Shown piece by piece: positions 37,560 to 47,950 of a stretch of DNA of 64,000 bases (positions within the stretch are counted from its first letter, which is position 1; every line of letters begins with the position of its first letter). A program made the position numbers and the translations under genes. Origin of the DNA: a bacterium (GTDB lineage: Bacteria; UBP14; UBA6098; B30-G16); assembly GCA_021162205.1 (NCBI GenBank), contig JAGGZE010000079.1, positions 29,189 through 93,188 on the forward strand. The letters are read 5' to 3'. Below the pieces are notes generated by a model. It saw only the letters and a list, made by a program, of their open reading frames with translations, was not told where the DNA came from and made no database searches.

Positions 37560-37823
37560 TTATAACCATCGTTTTCTTCGTCTTCGCATTCTTTTCCCTC
37601 GCAATGGTCTAACTTTAATAAGTGCCGCCTCGTTTCCACGAAGAGAAACAGATGTGCCGAGTATCTCGACCTCGATTGGGTCGCCGAGTGGCGCAAATCG
37701 GATAATCTCGACGACTCTTCCAGGAAGGAAACCGATGTCCAAAAGTCTTTGACGAATCTCACCATCGCCGAGTATCTCGACTATCTCACATAAATCGTCG
37801 GGTTTCAGCATTGATAAAAGCAT
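37560..37823 (-). CDS. feoA: FeoA-domain protein (stand-alone, no feoB in window)
   Basis: LKPDDLCEIVEILGDGEIRQRLLDIGFLPGRVVEIIRFAPLGDPIEVEILGTSVSLRGNEAALIKV matches the FeoA SH3-like domain. It lies 10 nt downstream of the gingipain gene on the same strand. Confidence 0.7.
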   Translation of the reverse strand: MLLSMLKPDDLCEIVEILGDGEIRQRLLDIGFLPGRVVEIIRFAPLGDPIEVEILGTSVSLRGNEAALIKVRPLRGKRMRRRRKRWL

Positions 37824-37833
37824 TTTTGCCTTT

Positions 37834-40800
37834 CTATTTTATATATAATATTTTTCTTACAATAGATGTTTCTCCGATATTGAAAATCACAAAATACATC
37901 CCCGAACCGATGTTTTTCTCTGGATGCCAAATCATTTTGCCCGATTTAATTCTGCCAATATCGAATCTATTCACGATTTTGCCATCGATATTCACAATTT
38001 TCCCGAGCATTTTATCGCCGTTTGGATTTGCAAAATCGACAGACACCGTGCTATTGAATGGGTTCGGTTGCGGTATCCCGATGAAAAATTTATCGGGAAC
38101 AATCTCGTGAACATAATCTATACGATGAATTATCATATCGATTCGGGTCGGATGAAAGGCATCGATATGAACAGAAATCGTCGTATCGCGATAACTAACT
38201 CGTTGGAATAATACAGAATAATCGCCGGATTCCGCCATAACAACAAATCTGCCATCGCCGAATGACGAATCGGTAACAGTTTCTGTTCCTGTCGATGTTA
38301 TTTGAGTCAAACTCGCAGGAGAACCCGTTTCGGTGGTTATATCGCCATAAATTATTCCTTTATTTGTAACAGGCGGAAGAACAAAATCGACAAGATTTAC
38401 AAATATACTCGGTGCCACAAGCGATGATGTGAAACCATCGACATAGGATACCCCGAAAAATACACTTCTCGCAAATCCTCTGTGTTCGCTGTCGGGGAAA
38501 ACGGAAATACAGCCCGAAGTCGAGTCGCTATATTTTGCATATAAAAGATAAGAGTCGCTATCGGGTTTGACTATATCGAAAAATGTCGGTGTGCCGAGTC
38601 CTGTTACTGTTGTATATGTGCGGAAAAGGAAATTGGGATTGTAAAATGTGATACTGTCTTGTCCATCGGGACCTACGACTAATCCTGTGTCTCCAACGAC
38701 ATCGCTTTCATAAGAACTAAGATGGAATAAATCGGTTGCGAATTCCGGCGAGAAACCACCGTGAGCGATAACCTGATATGCAAGGTCGCCGCCCTCGAAA
38801 ATTATTCTACCACCGCCTTTATGATAATCTAAAAGTGTTTGCAGGCAAGATGTTGTCGCAGCATCGGATTCATCGGCAGCGGAAACAACGATTGCATTGT
38901 ATTGCCACATCTCCGATGTATCCGGGAAAACGGTTGCGTTCGTTGCAGTGTAATCGAGTGAATCGAGGTCGCGACGAATGATTGTTATCGAATAACCGAT
39001 TCCTGTTAAATCGATAAGAAGAATATCATAATCGTTCGGTTCGAGCACGACATCGAGCGATGTGGTGTCCCCTGATGGTATGAAATCGATTCTTCCCGGT
39101 GAATAACCTCTGCTGCGGGCGATTAGAATGTATTCGCAGAAAGGTTGCTCGGAAAGTGTGAAATTTCCAGTTTCGATTTCGTTGCCGATTCCTACAAGTT
39201 CTCTCGTATCGGCGGTCAAAAGTTGAACTTCCGCAGAAACAGGATTACCATCACCATCCTTAACACGAACCATTATTTCACTTCGAGGTGCAGGTGTCAG
39301 TGCAAATTCGTAGTTTCCAATTATATTTAAAAGAAATGTGAACGATGTATCGTAATATCCGAACGCAGAAATTTCGACGGTGTATGTGTCGCAGGGAAGT
39401 TCACCGGGAAGTGTGAACGAGCCATCCCAATCGCCGCGGAAAGTCGAGATTGTATCGCCGTAATGGTCGAGAAAAGTTATATTGGGTCGAACAGTCAGCG
39501 AACCGCCAGCGGTGTCGATTACTACGCCGTCGAACGGTCCCGTCGCAGATATTATCGGGAATGTATCGCATATAACATTATATCCATTTTTTGCAAACAT
39601 AACGACAGCCGAGTTTCCATCGCTGGGATTAAACGATACCATTCCAGCATTTTCCGAAAAATCGACCGCCATATAAACCGAGCCGGCGAACACATAGCAA
39701 CTGAAATCGATTTCCGATAGAGTGAACGAGATATTGCCAGCGAAACCGATAGCCAATGTTCCCGTAAGTTCGATAGATGGCACCGAAACTGAAATCGAAT
39801 CTAACGACCAATCGAGTCCACCGTAAGTTTCGATTTCACGGGATAGAATTTTTCTGCCGCTGTTATATGCCTCGAGAGTCAGCGGAATTCCATAAGGCGG
39901 GTTCACTGTCATCGATGCGTATCCATCGGAATTTGTGATACTCGTTTCGGCGACACCGAGTCCCGAAATAATCACGATTGTGGTGTCATAACCGATGCTG
40001 TCGCCATCTAAAATCGTGATTTCAAAATCGTTGTCTATACCGACTTGCAGACTTTCCGGTGAATATTCTGTAATCGAAAGAAAATCGTTGGGAACTGTTA
40101 GAATGAAAGGCGAATAAAAATTCGGTTTTGTTGCGACAATTAGAGCAGAACCGACTTCTGTTGGAATGAATTCGGGAACGATATGAGCGATTCCACCTGA
40201 TGAAATCGCCGAGCCGATTTGTTCGCCATCACGATAGAGCGAGACCAGCGCATCATCTTCGGATACGGGGATATCGTAATAATCCTCACCCAGTGGCAGA
40301 TGACCACTCCAGTCCGAGAGGTCCACAGTAATCGGTGTAGTTTCGCCCCAATAAAGATACAACGATGGGTCGCCAAGATTTTGATATACCTCGAAATAAT
40401 ACTGTCCCTCATCGCCGATTGCCAGATTAACAGCGAGTCCACCCTTATATGTAGCGCCGGCGATCGACGTGTAGCCCTCGTCGAAAATAGCATCGAACCA
40501 TTGTTTTTCCCAGATATCGTCGCCATCCCAGTATGTCGAACTACTTCCGCCGATAAACGCTGTCGCACCCTTGTGTGATGCACGAATCCATGCCTCGCCG
40601 AAACATTCGGGTTCATCGAATTTTGCAGTTAAACAGGCATTGGAAATCACAAGCGGATACATTCCATCGTTCGTTAGTTCATATACATTCGATGATTCCA
40701 TAGATGGATTGCCCCATCCGTTTTCCCAGCCGTGTCCAGAATAGTTCACAAGAAGAGCACCATCGTTAACGGCGGAGATAACATCGGCGGTCGATGCACC

Positions 40801-42009
40801 ATCGAAAGCCCAAAGCGATTCCGGTTCGAATTCGGGTGGAGTTAGCCAGGTTGTGAAAACATATCGGTGAGTGCTTTCAGCGAGTTCATAATCGCCATCC
40901 GTTCCGCAGGCGACAAATACAGGATTGTGCAGAAAACTTGTATCGCTCATCTCGAATTTCTCATAGTAGACAGTTTTCTCTACGATTGCCGATACCTGAC
41001 TATCTGTTGCACAGGAGAACCGTCCATATAAAATATCGGGTAAATAATCGTCGCCATCGACAGTATAATAATATAGGTCGGTGTAGTGTCCATCCGCACT
41101 GTTCGATGGGATTTGTTCGATATCGCCGACGAGAAGCACGAAATCGGGTGAATTTTCCCAGTTATCGTAAGCATTTTGCACAGCAGCAGAAATATCGTCG
41201 GTCGTCGCACCGATTTCGGAAATTGCTGTGGCGACAACATCGTAGCCCATCTGTTCTTTCCATTGGATAAACGGCGATATGGCATCGTAGAAATCATCGT
41301 AATAAATTACCCAATACACAATCGGAAAATCGGGTTCAGGCGGTATATCGAAAGGCACAGGCATCACATCTTTGAGAAGATGAGAGAATATTTTCGAGCG
41401 AGATGCCTTATTGTTGTGGGAAATACTCATTTCATAATTTATTGTAATTTTTGCATCGCTGACATATTCGATTTCACCCGTCCGCGGATTGTAATAAAGT
41501 ATCGGCAGGATTTCTAAAATTCCAACTCTTTGCCCACGGATAATACCGAGAGGTTCGATTTTCGCACTCGAATTCGGTTCGATTGAGAAAGTCGAATCGG
41601 AATAATATGAATTTTGAATTCTAAACGGTGCGGAATTAACATTTTTCGGTAAATCGGGTTGATTTGGAATCACATAGTTCGGTAATCCCTGCGATGATAA
41701 CAATATTCGTTCCGTCTCGATTATTCGAATATCGACCGAGAAATTATCATTATCGGGCAGTGGAACGAGTTTTCTAATCGCTGGAAATTTCGGTTTGCCG
41801 ATTTCACCGTAGCGAGCATCCTCGCCGTTTAATTCGATTCTTGTGAAATCGCCCTGTCTCGAAATATCTAACGATGGTATCGATAGAGTGAATTCGATTC
41901 GATTATCCGATGAATTATCTAAGTGCAAAGTGTTTGCGGAAACAACCGAAAGTAAGAATAAAATAAAAATCGAAATCGTGGTAAGGTTTATAAAAAACTT
42001 ATTTTTCAT
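37834..42009 (-). CDS. Peptidase C25 (gingipain-family cysteine protease) with T9SS C-terminal sorting domain
   Basis: Start MKNKFFINL... (RBS ggaggg). N-terminal propeptide-like region. Catalytic His in NYSGHGWENGW and Cys in ISNACLTAKFD. Multiple Ig-like/carboxypeptidase-regulatory-like domains. C-terminus PQPNPFNSTVSVDF...SGMYFVIF is a Por CTD. Confidence 0.8.
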   Translation of the reverse strand: MKNKFFINLTTISIFILFLLSVVSANTLHLDNSSDNRIEFTLSIPSLDISRQGDFTRIELNGEDARYGEIGKPKFPAIRKLVPLPDNDNFSVDIRIIETERILLSSQGLPNYVIPNQPDLPKNVNSAPFRIQNSYYSDSTFSIEPNSSAKIEPLGIIRGQRVGILEILPILYYNPRTGEIEYVSDAKITINYEMSISHNNKASRSKIFSHLLKDVMPVPFDIPPEPDFPIVYWVIYYDDFYDAISPFIQWKEQMGYDVVATAISEIGATTDDISAAVQNAYDNWENSPDFVLLVGDIEQIPSNSADGHYTDLYYYTVDGDDYLPDILYGRFSCATDSQVSAIVEKTVYYEKFEMSDTSFLHNPVFVACGTDGDYELAESTHRYVFTTWLTPPEFEPESLWAFDGASTADVISAVNDGALLVNYSGHGWENGWGNPSMESSNVYELTNDGMYPLVISNACLTAKFDEPECFGEAWIRASHKGATAFIGGSSSTYWDGDDIWEKQWFDAIFDEGYTSIAGATYKGGLAVNLAIGDEGQYYFEVYQNLGDPSLYLYWGETTPITVDLSDWSGHLPLGEDYYDIPVSEDDALVSLYRDGEQIGSAISSGGIAHIVPEFIPTEVGSALIVATKPNFYSPFILTVPNDFLSITEYSPESLQVGIDNDFEITILDGDSIGYDTTIVIISGLGVAETSITNSDGYASMTVNPPYGIPLTLEAYNSGRKILSREIETYGGLDWSLDSISVSVPSIELTGTLAIGFAGNISFTLSEIDFSCYVFAGSVYMAVDFSENAGMVSFNPSDGNSAVVMFAKNGYNVICDTFPIISATGPFDGVVIDTAGGSLTVRPNITFLDHYGDTISTFRGDWDGSFTLPGELPCDTYTVEISAFGYYDTSFTFLLNIIGNYEFALTPAPRSEIMVRVKDGDGNPVSAEVQLLTADTRELVGIGNEIETGNFTLSEQPFCEYILIARSRGYSPGRIDFIPSGDTTSLDVVLEPNDYDILLIDLTGIGYSITIIRRDLDSLDYTATNATVFPDTSEMWQYNAIVVSAADESDAATTSCLQTLLDYHKGGGRIIFEGGDLAYQVIAHGGFSPEFATDLFHLSSYESDVVGDTGLVVGPDGQDSITFYNPNFLFRTYTTVTGLGTPTFFDIVKPDSDSYLLYAKYSDSTSGCISVFPDSEHRGFARSVFFGVSYVDGFTSSLVAPSIFVNLVDFVLPPVTNKGIIYGDITTETGSPASLTQITSTGTETVTDSSFGDGRFVVMAESGDYSVLFQRVSYRDTTISVHIDAFHPTRIDMIIHRIDYVHEIVPDKFFIGIPQPNPFNSTVSVDFANPNGDKMLGKIVNIDGKIVNRFDIGRIKSGKMIWHPEKNIGSGMYFVIFNIGETSIVRKILYIK

Positions 42010-42243
42010 TTTTCCCTCCATAAAAAATTTTAATCTGTAAAATAAATAATAAATATTTAAAAACAAGTATTTTAAAAAATCGAAATTTTATCTCGCAATT
42101 AAAAGACAATAGACTACTCACATTTAACAAATAAGAAATTTTAAAAATGAGAAAATTTTAATGATTAAAAACCACTTGACATAAAAATGGGAGTAAATAG
42201 ATTTAGTTATGTGAAAATATTAACATAATTTATGGGGGTAATT

Positions 42244-43281
42244 ATGGAATCTTATTTTCTGCCCATAGAAAAAATAGGCGAATTCACTGCTCATCTGTCG
42301 AATTTCGGCAAAATCTATCGCTGCGAGCAGACCGAAACAGGACCGAGAATTAAGCTTCTGGAAGAGAAAGATTATGGCAATTATTCATTTCCCGAAGTGA
42401 GAACAGGAGAACCTGCAAAATTTATGTTCATCAAGGCGAAACGAAAAGTTGCAGAATATTTCGACGATTCCTGGCGACAGGTCGAGGTGAAAAAAGAACC
42501 TAAAGTTCTTTTCGGACTTAAGGGCTGCGATTTGGCAGCTATTAAAATTTGGGATAATGTTTTTCGCGACGACCCCGATTATAAGGATGTTTTCTATTCT
42601 ACCGTTCGCGAAAATACTTTGCTTATCGGTGCCGATTGCACAGGAATTTGCGAGACTTGTTTCTGCAATTTACTCGGGAATAAACCGTATCCGAAAGATG
42701 GCGAATTCGACCTGTCGATTTCCCCCGTCGATGGCGGATTTGTTCTATTTGTCGGTAACGAAAAGGGCAAAAAGGCAATCGATGGTTTTTCTATGCCCAA
42801 AGCCGAACCGAGTATGTTGAAAAAAATTGAGGAGCGCAGAAAAAATTTGCTCGGGAAATTGAACGAACAGAATAAAAAATTCGAGACGAAATCTAAATGG
42901 CGCGACCTCGTCGAGAAAAATCCCGATAGCAAATCATGGGCGGAAAATGGCGCTACCTGTGTTGCCTGCGCAGCCTGCACCTATGTTTGCCCGACTTGTT
43001 TCTGTTTCCAGATTTACGATAATACTTGTCCCGATGGCAAACACGAAAGATTTATCGCACTCGATTCCTGCAAATATCCGCGGTTCTCATTTATGGCTGG
43101 CGGAATGAATCCCCGTGGAAGACTTATCGAGCGATTCAAACATAGATATAATCATAAATTTTTCCATTACGATTGGCGATACGACATATATGCCTGCACT
43201 GGCTGCGGAAGATGTATCGAAAACTGTATGGGAAAAATCGATATGCGAAAAACATTGAAAGATATCGAAAAACTTGGATAA
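42244..43281 (+). CDS. AsrA/HydB-like iron-sulfur subunit (anaerobic sulfite reductase subunit A / sulfhydrogenase beta-like)
   Basis: Cys clusters CTGICETCFCN, CVACAACTYVCPTCFC and CTGCGRCIENC. 346 aa. GGGGG RBS. Confidence 0.65.
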   Translation: MESYFLPIEKIGEFTAHLSNFGKIYRCEQTETGPRIKLLEEKDYGNYSFPEVRTGEPAKFMFIKAKRKVAEYFDDSWRQVEVKKEPKVLFGLKGCDLAAIKIWDNVFRDDPDYKDVFYSTVRENTLLIGADCTGICETCFCNLLGNKPYPKDGEFDLSISPVDGGFVLFVGNEKGKKAIDGFSMPKAEPSMLKKIEERRKNLLGKLNEQNKKFETKSKWRDLVEKNPDSKSWAENGATCVACAACTYVCPTCFCFQIYDNTCPDGKHERFIALDSCKYPRFSFMAGGMNPRGRLIERFKHRYNHKFFHYDWRYDIYACTGCGRCIENCMGKIDMRKTLKDIEKLG

Positions 43282-43303
43282 TCAATTATCAGGAGATAAA
43301 AAA

Positions 43304-44143
43304 ATGGCTGAAAAAATAGAAAATATCTACTATCCGATGCCTGCGAAAGTAACGGAAATTATCGATGAAACCTCGACAATCAAGACATATAGGTTTCAGA
43401 TGGAGAAACCGTTCACATTTCGTGCAGGGCAGTTCGTTCAATTGACGATTCCCGGAGTCGGTGAGGCGCCATTTACTCCATCATCGAAACCTGGAACATC
43501 GCCCGAATTGGAAATCACGATTCTCGGCGCGGGAAAAGTAACCAATAAACTTCACAAAGATACCAAAGTCGGCGATATGTTGGGTATTCGAGGTCCATTC
43601 GGCAAGGGTTACCCGATGGAAAAAATGAAAGGACACGAGATTCTTGTAGTCGGCGGCGGTGTCGGACTCGCTCCGCTTCGTGCAGGTCTATATAGTCTTT
43701 TCGAGAATATCGACGACTACAAAAGAGTTTCGATTAAATATGGTTCTAAAACACCGAACGACCTCGTTTTCAAATACCAGCACGAACAATGGGCTAAAAT
43801 GCCGAAAACCGATGTGAAATTGACTATCGATAAACCATATCGGGGATGGAGCGGAACTGTCGGCGTAGTTACTGTGCTGCTCGATAAGGAAAACGGTTTC
43901 GATATGAATATCGACGATTGCTATGTCATAATCTGTGGACCCGAAATAATGCTGAAATTCGTTACATATAAACTTTTGGATATCGGTTTCGCTCCCGAAA
44001 AAATATATCTTTCGATGAACCGAAGAATGTCCTGCGGCGTGGGAATGTGCCACCGATGTAATATAGGTCCATATTACCTTTGCAAAGATGGTCCAGATAT
44101 GTGCTATGCGAAAATAAAAGACTATCCGAATGTGTTTTCCTGA
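43304..44143 (+). CDS. AsrB/HydG/PyrK-like FAD/NAD(P)-binding subunit with C-terminal 2Fe-2S
   Basis: FNR-like fold (RAGQFVQL...; GGGVGLAPLRAG), C-terminal CGVGMCHRCNIG...C motif. AGGAG RBS. Immediately follows asrA-like. Confidence 0.75.
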   Translation: MAEKIENIYYPMPAKVTEIIDETSTIKTYRFQMEKPFTFRAGQFVQLTIPGVGEAPFTPSSKPGTSPELEITILGAGKVTNKLHKDTKVGDMLGIRGPFGKGYPMEKMKGHEILVVGGGVGLAPLRAGLYSLFENIDDYKRVSIKYGSKTPNDLVFKYQHEQWAKMPKTDVKLTIDKPYRGWSGTVGVVTVLLDKENGFDMNIDDCYVIICGPEIMLKFVTYKLLDIGFAPEKIYLSMNRRMSCGVGMCHRCNIGPYYLCKDGPDMCYAKIKDYPNVFS

Positions 44144-44144
44144 T

Positions 44145-44699
44145 TTATTCGGTTGTGTCAGATTTAGCGGTCGAATCTTGTTCGGGTCGATTTGAAATTC
44201 CCGAAACATTTTTCAACGCATTCATAAATTGCGAATCGAGCGGTGTCGGCGCACCGACTGTGCGAGATATTATTTTCCCTTTACTTACAAGAATCCGCGT
44301 GGGTAAATTTTTCACCTTGCAAATTCTGAAAAAACTGGAATCGACGGTAGCGATTGGCATGCTTATTTTCAAACTTTCCAGCAAAGTTTTGTAAAAGTCG
44401 GGGGACTCGTAAGTTACAGCGAGTGCGAAAAGATTTTTATATTCTTTTGCGAGACTATCTATCTGTATAAGTTCATAGCCGCACGGTCCGCACCAACTCG
44501 CTACAAAAGATATTATCCCTGTGCCTTTGTAGAATGGCTTCTGCGTGATTTTCTTGCCATCGAAACTCGTGAATTCGAATTTTGGAAGTTTTTCAAATTT
44601 TTGTTTATTCTCATTTTTTTCCGATGAACCGCATCCCGCAAGCAGTAGAACAACAGCAATCGATAGCGATAATATTTTTATTTTGTCCGATAGTTTCAT
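44145..44699 (-). CDS. TlpA/ResA-like thiol-disulfide oxidoreductase lipoprotein
   Basis: Lipobox LLAGCGS. Thioredoxin active site WCGPC. Confidence 0.7.
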   Translation of the reverse strand: MKLSDKIKILSLSIAVVLLLAGCGSSEKNENKQKFEKLPKFEFTSFDGKKITQKPFYKGTGIISFVASWCGPCGYELIQIDSLAKEYKNLFALAVTYESPDFYKTLLESLKISMPIATVDSSFFRICKVKNLPTRILVSKGKIISRTVGAPTPLDSQFMNALKNVSGISNRPEQDSTAKSDTTE

Positions 44700-44708
44700 A
44701 TTTCTCCT

Positions 44709-45314
44709 TCACTCGATTATCTCGATTTTAGATTTTCCTCTGGTGATATTGGCGACAAATTCGTTTAGTTCATCGATATTATCCTCGGGAATTTTTGCCT
44801 CGATAGATATGTCCTGCTCGAATTTTTGTTTTAGTATAATTCCGCCGAGATTATCGGTTAAAATAGCGAATTGTGAGATTGTTCCATAGGGAATTTTCAC
44901 TTTTATCCGCACCATTTTGATATATGGGATAATCCCTGCATTTTCGATTGCCAATCCTGCGGTATTTCCATAGGCACGAGCGAGTCCTCCTGTGCCGAGT
45001 TTTGTCCCGCCGAAATATCTGACTACAAGCACGAGTGTATCGATTAAATTTCTGCCCTGTAAAATTTTGATAATCGGTGCACCCGCTGTCCCCGATGGCT
45101 CGCCCGAATCTGTGAAATATTCATACACTCCACCCGAACCGAGCCGGAAAGCATATACGATATGCGTGGCATCGGAAAAATCCTTTTCGAGTGCCGATTT
45201 TGTTTTATCGACCTCGTTACGGTTCGTAACCGGATATGCAAAACCGTAAAATTTCGAGTGTTTTATCTCGATTGCGGATTCGCCTGTTTTGCCGAGTGTA
45301 AATTCAGTATCCAT
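44709..45314 (-). CDS. yigZ: IMPACT-family protein YigZ (UPF0029)
   Basis: SKFYGFAYPV... ATHIVYAFRLG.....EYFTDSGEPSGTAGAPI ... VVRYFGGTKLGTGGLARAY matches the family signature. Confidence 0.85.
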   Translation of the reverse strand: MDTEFTLGKTGESAIEIKHSKFYGFAYPVTNRNEVDKTKSALEKDFSDATHIVYAFRLGSGGVYEYFTDSGEPSGTAGAPIIKILQGRNLIDTLVLVVRYFGGTKLGTGGLARAYGNTAGLAIENAGIIPYIKMVRIKVKIPYGTISQFAILTDNLGGIILKQKFEQDISIEAKIPEDNIDELNEFVANITRGKSKIEIIE

Positions 45315-45497
45315 AATTAAATTATAAATTGAAATATTATCTTTGGCAATCGAGAAATGAATTTTAATTTTGCCCGATATATTAAAATATCGAATTTGTT
45401 AAATTGTTTCTCAAACTTTTTACTTGCATTGTAAAAACCAGTCGAGTATTTTGTAAAAATCTTTTAGTATTTTGGAAAATAAGAATAGGAGGATTCG

Positions 45498-47384
45498 ATG
45501 GCTCGAACAAATTTTATGAAAAAACTTCGTGAGAAAATGGGAGTTATTTTCTTTGTAGTCGCTATATTATTCATTGGGATGATGGTTTTTCAATGGGGAA
45601 TGGATTTTACAGGAAATAAGCAAACACAAAGCGAAAATATAATCGCTGTAATCGATGGAAAGGATAAAGTCGATTATTCGGATTATATAAAGGAATATGA
45701 AAGCTATATTCAAAATGCCTATAATCGTCAGCAGGATGTAGATGATTTTGTCAGCGAGGATTTGAAAGAGCAAGCTTGGAACGCTCTTATAAATAGAACG
45801 ATTCTGAAATATCAGTTCGATGAAAAACTCACAGCGGGATTTACCGGTAAAGAAATCTATGAAAAGCTTAAGCGAAACCCGCCCGAGTGGATTTTGAACC
45901 AACCTCAATTTCAGCAGGATGGCAAGTTCGACTATCAAAAATATATTCAGCTTTTAAATGACCAGAATGCCGACTGGCAGCCCGTGGAACGAGCTGTCGC
46001 AGCAAATCTTCCTTATGATAAACTAAAAACGCTAATTTCCACAATTACTTTTGTCACGATGCCCGAAGCTATGGACCAATATAATTTTGAAAACACCAAA
46101 GTGCGTGGCGAATTTATTATTTTCTCACAGGGAACGCTCGATGTTAATGTGGATACATCCGAGACCGCTTTGAAAAAATATTACGAGCAGCACAAGGATG
46201 TGCTTGTGGACCATCCATATATAAAATATAAGTATGTGCAAATTCATTATCTACCATCGCACCGCGATAGCGTCGAAATCAAAACTGATGTCGATACGGT
46301 AATGGCGAGACTTCGTTCAGGTGAGGATTTCGAGGAACTTGCTGGAGCATATTCTCAGGATTTAAATAGTGCGCAAAATGGCGGAGAACTCGGCTGGTTC
46401 AAACGAGGACAACTCATTCCCGAATTCGAGAATGTCGCTATGAAACTCGACAGTGGACAAATCTCCGACCCTGTGCTGACAAAATATGGCTGGCATATTA
46501 TCCGAAGTCTCGGTTTTAAGGTAGAAAAGGATTCTGCAACAGGCATAATAGATACATTGTGGGATGTTCAGCATATTCTTTTCAAAATCGAACCGGGATA
46601 TGAAACAACCGACAGTCTCGATAATTTAGCTAACGGTATTTACGAAAGCACTATAAAAAATGGAATCGATAAAGCTGTGGCGAAATACGGTCTCGAAGTG
46701 ATATCGACGCCGGAAGTTCCTATAGATGAGGCTATTCCCGGAATCGGTCTTCGCACGATAGTTAACGAATATGCGATGAAACACGGTATCGGCTCTGTTC
46801 CCGATGTTGTCAAAAGCAATGAATCGTATTTTATTTTGCAAGTAACCGATGTTGTGCCTAAAAAGTTTACCGATTTCGAGTCTGCAAAAAATTATGTGAA
46901 AGGGAAAATAGTTAAACGAGCATATAAGCAAAAGCGTAAAGAATTTGCCGTTCTGACTCTTCAGAAAATTAAATCGGGCGAACCGCTCGATAAAGTCGCA
47001 AACGAAGTCGGCGCAATTTACGATACTACCGGCTGGATTGGAGCATTTAGCCCGATAGATGATTACGGTTATTTCCCATGGATAAATGGAACTCTTCTTG
47101 GTTTGCGAACTCCAGGTGCAGTATCGCAGGTAATCGAGGGTGATAACGACAGTTTCTATATCGTTCGCTTAACCGAGCGTATCGATGCCGATATGTCGAA
47201 ATTCAATGACCAGCGTGATAATGTTCGTCAAAATATATTCAAGGCAAAAAAAGATAACGCATATTCGCAATGGTTCACCAGTCTACGTAGCCGAACATCT
47301 GTTCAGGATTTCAGATTAAAATATCTCGCAGGAGAAACAGAGCAGGAGGATACATCTGGTGTTTCTGCGGATAGTGTGGAATAA
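45498..47384 (+). CDS. ppiD: Periplasmic chaperone PpiD-like (N-terminal membrane anchor plus parvulin PPIase domain)
   Basis: N-terminal TM helix, SurA-like N domain and parvulin motif GGELGWFKRGQLIPEFENVAMKL...KYGWHII. AGGAGG RBS. Confidence 0.7.
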   Translation: MARTNFMKKLREKMGVIFFVVAILFIGMMVFQWGMDFTGNKQTQSENIIAVIDGKDKVDYSDYIKEYESYIQNAYNRQQDVDDFVSEDLKEQAWNALINRTILKYQFDEKLTAGFTGKEIYEKLKRNPPEWILNQPQFQQDGKFDYQKYIQLLNDQNADWQPVERAVAANLPYDKLKTLISTITFVTMPEAMDQYNFENTKVRGEFIIFSQGTLDVNVDTSETALKKYYEQHKDVLVDHPYIKYKYVQIHYLPSHRDSVEIKTDVDTVMARLRSGEDFEELAGAYSQDLNSAQNGGELGWFKRGQLIPEFENVAMKLDSGQISDPVLTKYGWHIIRSLGFKVEKDSATGIIDTLWDVQHILFKIEPGYETTDSLDNLANGIYESTIKNGIDKAVAKYGLEVISTPEVPIDEAIPGIGLRTIVNEYAMKHGIGSVPDVVKSNESYFILQVTDVVPKKFTDFESAKNYVKGKIVKRAYKQKRKEFAVLTLQKIKSGEPLDKVANEVGAIYDTTGWIGAFSPIDDYGYFPWINGTLLGLRTPGAVSQVIEGDNDSFYIVRLTERIDADMSKFNDQRDNVRQNIFKAKKDNAYSQWFTSLRSRTSVQDFRLKYLAGETEQEDTSGVSADSVE

Positions 47385-47437
47385 TCGAGTTCACCGGCGA
47401 CTTTCAATTCGAGGGTCGCCTTTTTTATGAGGATATA

Positions 47438-47950
47438 ATGTCAAACTTACCATCACATATCGACAAACAAAATAAAGTCGGTGCAGCCGAAGAGGAGGGA
47501 ATCGTTGTCGAGACCGACAGGAAAGTCGTGCGTGTGAAAATCACAAAAGGTGCTGCGTGTGCAACCTGTGCTGTCGCATCGAATTGCCCATTTAGTATTG
47601 CGGCACCAAATGATTGGAAGGTATGGGCAAGAAATAAATTAGATGCAAAAATCGGCGATAAAGTCAAAATTTCGATTGCTCCATCGAGATATTTGTTAAT
47701 CGCTGTAATTGTTTTCATTTTACCTGTAAGCGTATTGATTGTAAGTTATTTACTTGCTAAATTAGCAGGTGCACAGGAAAATTTGTCTGTCGCTATATCG
47801 GTAACATTCGCATTTCTCACTTATTTTATTATTAGAGGAATCGACCGAAGTTCGATGCGACAACCATCGTATACGATAGTTGAAATTTTGCCGAATGAAA
47901 CCGAAGGATTAAAATCCATAACAGAAAATCGAGGAGAAAACGATGGCTAA
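47438..47950 (+). CDS. RseC/MucC-family protein (SoxR-reducing system component-like)
   Basis: N-terminal GIVVE...VRVKITKGAACATCAVASNC followed by two TM helices is typical of RseC. Confidence 0.5.
   Translation: MSNLPSHIDKQNKVGAAEEEGIVVETDRKVVRVKITKGAACATCAVASNCPFSIAAPNDWKVWARNKLDAKIGDKVKISIAPSRYLLIAVIVFILPVSVLIVSYLLAKLAGAQENLSVAISVTFAFLTYFIIRGIDRSSMRQPSYTIVEILPNETEGLKSITENRGENDG

Noticed and set aside
37515-37600. Long imperfect inverted repeat (tgcgaagac...gtcttcgca) around the feoA stop
   Set aside because: Part of it encodes the Arg/Lys-rich FeoA tail. It could be a terminator stem, but it is imperfect and its function cannot be determined from sequence alone.
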